A stretch of 64,000 nt of DNA from Utricularia gibba (Eukaryota; Plantae; Magnoliophyta): the NCBI GenBank assembly GCA_002189035.1, contig NEEC01000007.1:868001-932000 (forward strand), given 5' to 3'. The position numbers were made by a program, and so were the translations under genes. The notes under the pieces were generated by a model. It was not told where the DNA came from. It did not search any database and worked only from the letters and a program-made list of their open reading frames with translations. This document shows positions 50,382 to 60,296 of the stretch, one piece after another. Within the stretch, counting starts at the first letter, position 1; each line of letters begins with the position of its first letter.

Positions 50382-51314
50382 TCAGATGTAGTACATGGGA
50401 TTGGGGACCTTGAAGGACCTCTGGGCGGGGCTCTCGGACTCGAGATCGGACCACTGGTCGCCGATGTTCCCCACGATCACGTAACCCTCGTTCACCAGAC
50501 GGGTTCGGATCTTGGCCTTGAACTCCTGGGAGCTGAGCTTGGCGTCCTCGGAGCCCCTTGATCGCAACAGAAATTGATTTTGAATACAAACTATAGAGTT
50601 TTTTCTGCGTAGAGTAGAGTTGAGCACTGGGTTTAGTTCGTTACTTGAGGATTAGCTCTTGGTAGTCGGTGTAACCAGCTTTCTCAAGATTGGCAGCTCT
50701 GGCAGCTTTCAGTGAGTCGCTCTTGCTGTCTAGGAAAACGATCTTGATTCCCAAGGACTTCACAACGTTGTAGAGATTTAGAACAGATTTGATTGCGGTG
50801 GATTCGCCCTGCTGTAGCCACTCGTAGAACGCAGCTCTGTTGTATGCCACCGCCCTGAGAAAACGATCAGAACACTTGTAAGAATTCAGATCTTAATAGT
50901 CACACAGACATCAGTGAAGAGCGTACCCGTATCTGACACTGGGGCGTCTGTAGTATTCAAGGTTGGAGAGGGCAGTCTCCTCGGTATCGAAGATAAAAAC
51001 GGCCTTACCGTTTTCGGCAACGTCGACTGAGTTGGCATGCCGGGCAGCGAGATCAGCAACGGCGGCCACGTCGCGGAGGTACTGATCACCCTCCATGTAG
51101 TTCTTGACGTAGCTTTCGCATTCGGCCGGGACAACCTTGAAGCCGTTGAGGTTATCTACCTCGGCGTTGAAGCGCCATGTGAGGCAGTCGGCGTCATTCT
51201 CGGGAGGAGGAGGTGGAGGGGGTTGTACCGGAAGTTGGCGGCGGCGCGTGCATGGGAATGGGAGAAGGAGAGGGAGAGAAGCGCGGCTACCAAGAGAACA
51301 ACTGGGAACTTCAT
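50382..51314 (-). CDS. HAD superfamily IIIB acid phosphatase / vegetative-storage-protein-like secreted protein
   Basis: Exons 51314-50927, 50854-50645 and 50556-50382. Signal peptide, CLTWRFNAEVDNL, FIFDTEETALSN, GYVIVGNIGDQWSDL, FKVPNPMYYI. Confidence 0.92.
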
Positions 51315-52485
51315 GACTACTTGGGGCTCTGAAGCTTTCTCAAGTTCAGTGGTGCGTTTCCTAACCCTAACGAGCAGGGGTTTAAATAGATGCGAAATTG
51401 TACGAAAATATGGAACATAATTGATTAAATTTATTTAATTTCATGCAGGCTCACGTGATTCACGACACCGACAGCCTTCCTGTTTTCTTTCTTTTTTTTT
51501 TTCCTGTGTATTAATCATTTTTCTTTATTTAACGTATTTTAGCATCAATATTAATTGATTTAAATACTTTTTAATAGGTGACTTGTGTATTTTTCCCAGC
51601 CGTCAATTAAATAAATTGATTTATTTACACGTGGTAGATTTTAATTCCACAAGTTGAGACGATAAACCACGTGCGAAACCAATACATTGTCTCTCCATTA
51701 TTTGGACTCGACAATATCATTAATATTTTCTATTTTATCGGAATGAAAATAAAAAAAAATGCGAAAAAACAGTGCATTGCCCTCCACTGTACGGACGAGT
51801 CGTGACTCTCGAGGGTTTCCAGTCCGAAAGAGACGCGGCACCGGACACCGTTGAAGAGCAATCCCTTATCCAGTACCTGATCCTACACTTCGTATAGATT
51901 TCCTGCGGGTTTGGGGTAGGGCCCAGAAGATTAATTGTTTATAATAATAATAAATCATCATATATTATCTCAAAGTGATGCCTTTTTTTGTAAATATTAA
52001 AGTATAAAAAATAGGATAGATATTTAAGTTTGTAGATAATCGGCGGAGTATGGAGAGTTGGGCCGGGCCTGGCCCAATTGATGGAATTGTACAGCCCATT
52101 TGTGCAGAGATTAGTGTGGACTGCGGAGAGTTGGTTTAGAACTTGGCGGTGGCTGCTGCTTTCTTCATTTGACCACTTCTTCTATTGTAGCGATATCGTT
52201 AGTTGGCGTAGGGAGAAGTCACGTTTTGCGGCTTTAAGGTTTTCAAAAATTACTTTATTGCTCTTTTGCTCCCTCCCATTTTGTGGGATGCAATTGTTCT
52301 CTTCTTTCACGTGTTGATGGCTCTTACGCTTAGTTGCTGCTTATGGATCACTTGCAGAGATTTAAGAATTGACATAGCAAAGGAATTATTGCGTTCTGTG
52401 GGGCATTGCATAAATACCATACATCATACATCCTTTATTTCTCAATCGTCACCATTTGTATTTGTATAGGAGTAGCCTGTAGGCA

Positions 52486-52804
52486 TCATGGAGACACTTC
52501 TCCGGTCTGGGACGAAGTGTGGATGGGAGGAGAAGAACAACACCTGCAGCACGCGCCTGGTGGTCCAGGTTGGCAGCAGAGGCAAGCAGGGCATATTGGA
52601 GCCCTTGTGGCCAGCTCTGGGAGAACGCAGTAATATTCATCATTGAAACATTCATGTATCTTAAGATTTAAGGGTTAGTCCACATGTATATATGAATAGA
52701 GACGTACCTTCAGTGATCAATTCACGGGAAGCATCGATGGTGCTCGGACCCTCGGAGATGAGGAGGGCGGAGATGAGGAGAGCCAAGATGAAGAATCTGG
52801 CCAT
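52486..52804 (-). CDS. Small secreted cysteine-rich peptide, copy A (75 aa)
   Basis: Exon 1 52804-52708, intron GTACGT...CCCAG, exon 2 52616-52486: MARFFILALLISALLISEGPSTIDASRELITEELATRAPICPACLCCQPGPPGACCRCCSSPPIHTSSQTGEVSP*. TATA-like TATAAG about 50 bp upstream. Confidence 0.85.
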
Positions 52805-53249
52805 GGAGATCAGCGGTTTGTGTGCATGGGGAAGGTTGGGGAAGAGGTTCTTATAAAGGGATGGCAGCATAGAAAAGTCTTGAGGCAGTAGTAAGGAAAA
52901 TTCTCGAGTCCTTCATGGCGGCGTACTTTTCTAATTCCCCAACTGTAAGGAAATGATTTGTATCACGGCTACTTTTTGAGAGCCAACCCACTACTTTTAA
53001 ATGAAGACTTTCCACACATCATTCTCCCTGGACTCATAATCCTTACCAGAGCACATAATGCCTTTGAGAGTTAACAACCCAGCAAGGTGTTGCTTCCCAG
53101 AGATTCTCCCCAATGATACGGAGTTTGGATGGGGGATTGTGCAAGACTTTTTGGGACAGAGAGCTTTTGCTCACTTCTTACACTGTCTTCAATGTTTTGT
53201 CAGGAGTTCCAATCTTCCTTCCATGGAATCATAAGAGTGACCACTATCA

Positions 53250-54862
53250 TGTCACGCCTGTTTCATCATAAACTTACTACACCCGTTTCACTCTTTCGCC
53301 GCAAGGTGGCTAACAGTCTGACTAGTTGCAATAAAACAGCAACATCACACGAGAGGGAATAAAATCACAATAAAAAGAACGTTTTCATCGAGACATTAAA
53401 GGAAGATGGTCCAGCATTTTATTTAAATAGAAGTTTGGTAATGAAAATTCCACGCTCAAGATGAGTGACATAGGGGCTGTTGGTTTCCTTAGACCGATGG
53501 ATCAGGGGTCCTCACCATCTAATGCCCCCTCCAGTGGCTCCTGCCCTGCGTGCAAAGTAAGGAATTAGGGGGTGTTTTACAAAATTTTTATGCTTAATTT
53601 TTATTTATAGAAAAGTAAAAGTTATTTTTTTCAGAATATACTTATTTTCAAAATTGCTTTTATTAGAAATACTTTTAAAATCATATAATTTTTTTTTTTT
53701 TTGTCAAAATCATAAGATGTATGCATTTCAAAGGTTTGTAAAAACTTATTCCCCAAATCCGTCGGCCAACATCATAGTTATTGAATTCAAAAATACTTTT
53801 TCTTAGAATTATTGATTACGGTATAGTGTGATTTTTTTTTTGTTTTCCAAAGTCTTGTTTTTATTTTTCCATATCTCATTCAAAAGAATGGGACGATTTT
53901 ATAATTGAGGAATTTTAATTTGAATTCTTTGAAGAAAATTTACTCTTGTACATTGCATAAAATGAGCTCAATTGATGTCTACTTTTCAATGGAATTAATC
54001 TATTTTTATGTTTGTTGTTTCAACTTTGTGCTTGGTTGGTCTACATCATGCTCTGTGATTAGATTAGATTAAATGTTCTAATATAATAAATCATTATTTT
54101 GAATATGATGAATTAAAGATAATGAATATTATTAATAATAATAAAATCATTTGAAAAGCAAAAATTTATTCATAACACTACAATCTGTTTTTGCTTTTGT
54201 TAAATTTACTTTCACTTTTGAAAAGTATTTCTACAAAAATAAAAGTAAGTTATAAAAGTTTTGTAAAACACACCTTTAGTCTGTCACATTCATAGCGATT
54301 TGGAAAATTGGAAAAAGAAGGCACATAAGCGTTAAATAACAAGGTTCGTGAATTCGTGGGAGTGGCGCCCTGGTGTCCCAGGGAATTGCATTCCGCGGCA
54401 AACATCCACGTTGCCTCTCGGGTGTTCTGTGGCCACAGAAGCCCAGACCCAAACCAAGGCAGTCCTTGATCTCAATTCTGAAAATAAAACCTGACCATGA
54501 TCGTGAGTGCGGTGGAGCAATTGGGTTTATGCTGGACTTCGTTACCCTTCGTTGATAAACTCGATCTCCCTATACAGAATTCCACCATCAATAAAACCCT
54601 TAAAACTCTTATCACATTTCGATTTTATCGTCACAGCTCCTCGATCATGCTTCTCTTCCACTATCGAATCCCCACTACTCCGTTCGCTGTCTCTCCTTTT
54701 ATAGCATATGGGGTCTCCCACCGTCAAAATACTCTCGAATTCTAGAGATCCGTAATTTTCATTTACAACACTAACTACTTCTTCTTAATAGTATCATCCC
54801 AAATATTTTCCTAATTCACCTCCTCAAAACTTTCCAAGGCCAATAGGGTCTGTAATGTTACA
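53250..54862 (-). mobile_element. Solo LTR, probably Ty3/gypsy-type (~0.9 kb plus nested MITE)
   Basis: Present only in copy A. On the minus strand it starts TGTAAC and ends GGCGTGACA (TG...CA). Flanked by a CTATCA duplication (53244-53249 and 54863-54868) that is single at the empty site in copy B (57969-57974). TATAAAA on the minus strand at 54703-54697. Confidence 0.75.
53568..54275. mobile_element. Tourist/PIF-Harbinger-like MITE nested in the solo LTR
   Basis: 24-bp TIRs GGGGGTGTTTTACAAAATTTTTAT versus revcomp AGGTGTGTTTTACAAAACTTTTAT (21/24 match); TTA on both flanks (53565-53567 and 54276-54278); AT-rich non-coding interior. Confidence 0.8.
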
Positions 54863-55010
54863 CTATCAGCACATTGGCATCCACTTGACGGGTTTCAGTC
54901 ACTGTGGACTGCTCTGCAGAGGTGCTATTCCATGATCAGAAAGGAATTTTGTTAGGAGTGTTCTCAGGTGCGTGCACTTACATGCTGCTTAGGTGTCAGT
55001 ATTCTTCTCA

Positions 55011-56579
55011 TCCAGAAAAAATCAAGGCTTGGTTCATGACCAAAGTGCTTAACCTCATAGTCTAAGACATCCAGCAGTAAACTATCTCTGCAGAATGGTT
55101 GCCACAGGCAGCAAACTGATGCATTTTCATGTTCACTTCTATCCAACTCGAACCAGGCCACGTCTTCTCGACTCCCTTCTCCTTCATCGTTGCCCTCAAC
55201 CTGGATATGTCACTCCAGCGATTTCCTTCAGCATACATGCTAATCAAGAGGTTGTAATACCCGCTGTTGTTTGGCTCCAGAATTATTAGCTTCTCTGCAG
55301 CAATTTGAGCGATTTCCACGTTTTTGTGAAGTTTACAGCCACCTAATATCGTACCCCAAATCACATTATTAGGTTTCATTTTCATGCCCTTGATCATACG
55401 CAGTGCTTCTTCCAGCAAACCAACTCGACAAAAAAGGTCAACCATGCAGACGTAGTGTTCAATCCCAGGAGGAATGGAATATTTGCTGGTCATCTCTTGG
55501 AATCTTTTTTTACCTTCCTCAACTAAACCGGAATGAGTGCATGCTGCAAGGACGCTGACAAATATAACACTGTTAGGTTCAAGCTTCGCTTCCTTCATTT
55601 TTTCAAACATTGCTAATGCTTCCTTGGCACATCCATGAAACGCGAGGCCATCAATCATGGAACTCCAGCAAAAAAGATTCTTTTTCTGCAGCTTGTAGAA
55701 AACTAAAAGCGCCTTCTCCAGCATACCACACTTAGCATACATATCAATCAATGCTGATCCTACATGAACATCGCCAGTAAATCCGTTTTGCATTGCATAC
55801 ATATGCATCTCCTTAGACTTCTCCAGCGCCCCAAGATGAGCACAAGCAGATAATACAGTTGCCATGGTCACTTCATCTGGTTAAGTGTCTGTTTTGTTTT
55901 TCATTTCATCAAAAAGTTCCAAAGCTTCTTGATACCGGTTGTGTTTGCAGTAGCACTTAATCATAGTTGTCCAAGAAATCACATCTCTTGTGCTCATTCG
56001 GTAGAACAAATGCTCCGCAGACTCCAATTCCCCAGCTTCAACATAACTGTTTATCAAGGCATTCCACGAGGCGCTCTTCTTCTCTGGCGTCTCATCGAAA
56101 ATCCTCCTGGCAGAAATCAAGTCTCCAGAACGTGCATGCGCCAAGATCATAGTAGAAAGAGAAAAATCATCTCTTTCATGCATCTCATCAAACATGTTCC
56201 TTGATTCATCAATGCTACCTAAATTCGAATAGAAATCCACCAACACTGTTTGGATATGAATGTAAATTCCAAATCCCCACTTCATAACCTGACCATGTAT
56301 ACATTCACCTAATCCTCCATAAGATGAAACCTTGCAGCTCTTTATCAATGGCGGAAAAGTGTAACTGCTCGGACTCACAGCATTCCTCATCATAAGCACG
56401 TAGAGCCATAAACAATCGGCAGGCCGCAAGGAGTTCACCAGTGCTCCGAACATTGAATTATAGACAAAAATGTTAGGATTATCAAATAATTGAAGGAAAA
56501 TGATGCAGAATCTGTGCCGCCAAAACGGGTACAAGAAGTTGTATATTGATTGATCAGAAAACAGTCTTGCGCTAAGTCG
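55011..56579 (-). pseudogene. 5'-truncated PPR pseudogene (duplicate of 58108-59781)
   Basis: Lacks the ATG and first ~35 codons. 1-bp deletion at ~56483, AAA>TAA at 55881-55883, and 1-bp deletion at ~55083 relative to copy B. Confidence 0.88.
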
Positions 56580-56618
56580 CTCGAACATGATTCCGATTTT
56601 AGTATTGAGTGTTCACGG

Positions 56619-56667
56619 TTTAGGGTTTAAGATTTAGTAATTTAGAATTTAGGTTTAGAGTCTAGAA
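56619..56667 (+). repeat. Degenerate plant telomere-like array at the duplication junction
   Basis: TTTAGGG TTTAAGA TTTAGTAA TTTAGAA TTTAGG TTTAGAG TCTAGAA. Confidence 0.65.
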
Positions 56668-56694
56668 ATTAAAATACTATGTATGCTGTTGATG

Positions 56695-59677
56695 TCAAAG
56701 TGATACCTTCTTTTGTAAATATTAAAGTATAAAAAATAGGATAGATATTTAAGTTATAGTTGTTGGCGGAGTATGGACAGTTGGGCCGGGCCGGGGCCCA
56801 GTGGATGGAATTGTACAGCCCATTTGTGCAGAGATTAGTGTGGACTGCTGGAGTTGGCTTAGAACTTGGCGGTGGCTGCTGCTGCTTTCATTTGACCACT
56901 TCTTCTATTGTGGCAATATCGTTAGTTGGCGTAGGAAGAAGTCACGTTTTGCGGCTTCTCAGTCTTCCAAAATGGCTTTATTGCTCTCTTGCTCGCTCCC
57001 ATTTTGTGGGATGCAATTGTTCTCTTCTTTCACGTTTTGATGGCTCTTACGCTTTGATGCTGCTTATGGGATTACTTGCAGAGATTTAAGAGTTGACATA
57101 GCATAGGAATTATTGCGTTCTGTGGGGCCATTGCATAAATACCAAACATCATACATCCTTTATTTCTCAATCGTCACCATTTGTATTTGTATAGGAGTAG
57201 CCTGTAGGCATCATGGAGACACTTCTCCGGTCTGGGACGAAATGCCGATGGGAGAAGAAGAACAACACCGGCAGCACGAGCCTGGTGGTGGAGGTTGGCA
57301 GCAGAGACAATGAGGGCATATTGGAGTCCTTGTGACCAGCTCTGGGAAAACGCAGTAATATTCATCATTGAAACATTCATGTATCTTAAGATTTAAGGGT
57401 TAGTCCACATGTATATATGAATAGAGACGTACCTTCAGTGATCAATTCACGGGAAGCATCGATGGTGCTCGGACCCTCGGAGATGAGGAGGGCGGAGATG
57501 AGGAGAGCCAAGATGAAGAATCTGGCCATGGAGATCAGCGGTTTGTGTGCATGGGGAAGGTTGGGGAAGAGGTTCTTATAAAGGGATGGCAGCATAGAAA
57601 AGTCTTGAGGCAGTAGTAAGGAAAATTCTCGAGTCCTTCATGGCGGCGTACTTTTCTAATTCCCCCAACTGTAAGGAAATGATTTGTATCACGGCTACTT
57701 TTTGAGAGCCAACCCACTACTTTTAAATGAAGACTTTCCACACATCATTCTCCCTGGACTCATAATCCTTACCAGAGCACATAATGCCTTTGAGAGTTAA
57801 CAACCCAGCAAGGTGTTGCTTCCCAGAGATTCTCCCCAATGATACGGAGTTTGGATGGGGGATTGTGCAAGACTTTTTGGGACAGAGAGCTTTTGCTCAC
57901 TTCTTACACTGTCTTCAATATTTTTTCAGGAGTTCCAATCTTCCATGGAATCATAAGAGTGACCACTTCTATCAGCATATTGCCAGGAGTTTCAGTCACT
58001 GTGGACTGCTCTGCAGAGCTGCTATTCCATGATTAGAAAGGAATTCTGTTAGAAGTGTTCTCCAGTGCATGCACTTACATGCTGCTTAGGTGTCAGTATC
58101 CTTCTCATCAAGAAAAATCAAGGCTTGGTTCATGACCAAAGTGCTTAACCTCATAGTCTAAGACATCCAGCAGTAAACTGATCTCTGCAGAATGGTTGCC
58201 GCAGGCAGCAAACTGATGCATTTTCATGTCCACTTCTATCCAACTCGAACCAGGCCACGTCTTCTCAACTCCCTTCTCCTTCATCGTTGCCCTCAACCTG
58301 GATATGTCACTCCAGTGATTTCCTTCAGCATACATGCTAATCAAGAGGCTGTAATACCCGCTGTTGTTTGGCTCCAGAATCATTAGCTTCTCTGCAGCAA
58401 TTTGAGCGATTTCCACGTTTTTGTGAAGTTTACAGCCACCTAATATCGTACCCCAAATCACATTATTAGGTTCCATTTTCATGTCCTTCATCATACGCAG
58501 TGCTTCTTCCAGCAAACCAACTCGACAAAAAAGGTCAACCATGCAGCCGTAGTGTTCAATCCCAGGAGGAATGGAATATTTGCTGGTCATCTCTTGGAAT
58601 CTTTTTTTACCTTCCTCAACTAAACCGGAATGAGTGCATGCTGCAAGGACGCTGACAAATATAACACTGTTAGGTTCAAGCTTCGCTTCCTTCATTTTTT
58701 CAAACATTGCTAATGCTTCCTTGGCACATCCATGAAACGCGAGGCCATCAATCATGGAACTCCAGCAAAAAAGATTCTTTTTCTGCAGCTTGTAGAAAAC
58801 TAAAAGCGCCTTCTCCAGCATACCACACTTAGCATACATATCAATCAATGCTGATCCTACATGAACATCGCCAGTAAATCCGTTTTGCATTGCATACATA
58901 TGCATCTCCTTAGACTTCTCCAGCGCCCCAAGATGAGCACAAGCAGATAATACAGTTGCCATAGTCACTTCATCTGGTTTAGTGTCTGTTTTGTTTTTCA
59001 TTTCATCAAAAAGTTCCAAAGCTTCTTGATACCGGTTGTGTTTGCAGTAGCACTTAATCATAGTTGTCCAAGAAATCACATCTCTTGTGCTCATTCGGTA
59101 GAACAAATGCTCCGCAGACTCCAATTCCCCAGCTTCAACATAACTGTTTATCAAGGCATTCCATGAGGCGCTCTTCTTCTCTGGCGTCTCATCGAAAATC
59201 CTCCTGGCAGAAATCAAGTCTCCAGAACGTGCATGCGCCAAGATCATAGTAGAAAGAGAAAAATCATCTCTTTCATGCATCTCATCAAACATGTTCCTTG
59301 ATTCATCAATGCTACCTAAATTCGAATAGAAATCCACCAACACTGTTTGGATATGAATGTAAATTCCAAATCCCCACTTCATAACCTGACCATGTATACA
59401 TGCACCTAATCCTCCATAAGATGAAACCTTGCAGCTTTTTATCAATGGTGGAAAAGTGTAACTGCTCGGACTCACAGCATTCCTCATCATAAGCACGTAG
59501 AGCCATAAACAATCGGCAGGCCGCAAGGAGTTCACCAGTGCTCCGAACATTGAATTATAGACAAAAATGTTAGGATTATCCAAATAATTGAAGGAAAATG
59601 ATGCAGAATCTATGCCGCCAAAGCGGGTACAAGAAGTTATATATTGATTGATCTGAAAACAATCTTGCGCTAAGTCG
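56695..59677. repeat. Tandem segmental duplication, copy B (no insertion)
   Basis: Begins tcaaagtgat...taaatattaaagtataaaaaataggatagatatttaagtt as at 51970; homology to copy A ends at gctaagtcg (59669-59677). Confidence 0.95.
57211..57529 (-). CDS. Small secreted cysteine-rich peptide, copy B (75 aa)
   Basis: Same exon structure as copy A (+4725). Mature exon ELVTRTPICPHCLCCQPPPPGSCCRCCSSSPIGISSQTGEVSP*. Confidence 0.85.
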
Positions 59678-59781
59678 GTCTTGAGCATAAGGCAATACCA
59701 TGATTCCAATTCCTTCAAAGTCGAGCATCTTCTCAATTTATCCGCAACAAACTTCTTAAAAAATGGAGCACATAACTGCAT
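58108..59781 (-). CDS. PLS-class E-subgroup pentatricopeptide repeat protein (At1g06143/EMB1444-like), intronless, 557 aa
   Basis: Uninterrupted ORF with P/L/S repeats (PDEVTMATVLSACAHLG, GSALIDMYAKCG, EHYGCMVDLFCRVG) and an E domain (IWGTILGGCKLH...PGSSWIE). Confidence 0.92.
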   Translation of the reverse strand: MQLCAPFFKKFVADKLRRCSTLKELESWYCLMLKTDLAQDCFQINQYITSCTRFGGIDSASFSFNYLDNPNIFVYNSMFGALVNSLRPADCLWLYVLMMRNAVSPSSYTFPPLIKSCKVSSYGGLGACIHGQVMKWGFGIYIHIQTVLVDFYSNLGSIDESRNMFDEMHERDDFSLSTMILAHARSGDLISARRIFDETPEKKSASWNALINSYVEAGELESAEHLFYRMSTRDVISWTTMIKCYCKHNRYQEALELFDEMKNKTDTKPDEVTMATVLSACAHLGALEKSKEMHMYAMQNGFTGDVHVGSALIDMYAKCGMLEKALLVFYKLQKKNLFCWSSMIDGLAFHGCAKEALAMFEKMKEAKLEPNSVIFVSVLAACTHSGLVEEGKKRFQEMTSKYSIPPGIEHYGCMVDLFCRVGLLEEALRMMKDMKMEPNNVIWGTILGGCKLHKNVEIAQIAAEKLMILEPNNSGYYSLLISMYAEGNHWSDISRLRATMKEKGVEKTWPGSSWIEVDMKMHQFAACGNHSAEISLLLDVLDYEVKHFGHEPSLDFS

Positions 59782-60296
59782 CTGATTGACTCAACAACGT
59801 TGGATTGTGTTTCAGAAAAGTTGAAAGTAACGGTATAAAACCACAAACTGTGTGAGGTTTCTGCCGACCGCATCCGCCTACGATTTCTGTCGCCGCGGCC
59901 GTAAACCACACCACTGTTCCCTCGCGGGCCGCCGCGCTCACACACGTGAACCGGCCCAGTCCGAGGGCCGTGGCTCTCCCGTGAGTCGGGCACAAGATTT
60001 TTTTTTTTGAAATTAAAATATACATGTTTTTCATTATAACCTGGAACGGGCCTAATCTGGGCTTACACCCCAGGCCTAAACAGCCTAAGTTTAAATGGGC
60101 CCATAATTTAGAATATATTCTTTTAATTTTTGTGAAATTAAATTGATGAATAATTTTATTTTGATATTTTTAAATATATAATTTTATTACAAGTTGCAGA
60201 ACGGAACGAATACAAAGAAACGAGAAAGACTCATAAACCCCATGATAAAGATGAAATCTTCCATTTTTTACTCCTAGCCCTCTGCGGTCCCTGGCT

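Larger units (their letters stand above)
51970..56579. repeat. Tandem segmental duplication, copy A (carries a 1.6-kb insertion)
   Basis: 51970-53249 aligns to about 56695-57974 (offset ~4725). About 54863-56579 aligns to 57969-59677 (offset ~3100). Confidence 0.95.

Noticed and set aside
52805-52870. In-frame upstream ATG extending the Cys-rich peptide (MLPSLYKNLFPN...), also at 57595
   Set aside because: A TATA-like box lies between this ATG and the MARFF start, and the signal peptide begins at MARFF.
54958-54969. GTGTTCTCAGGT, similar to part of miR398
   Set aside because: Only 12 nt match, no hairpin partner, and the paralogous site in copy B differs.
56760-57089. Plus-strand ORFs in the duplicated distal segment (also 52078-52317)
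   Set aside because: Frames are not conserved between the two copies and there is no recognisable protein similarity.
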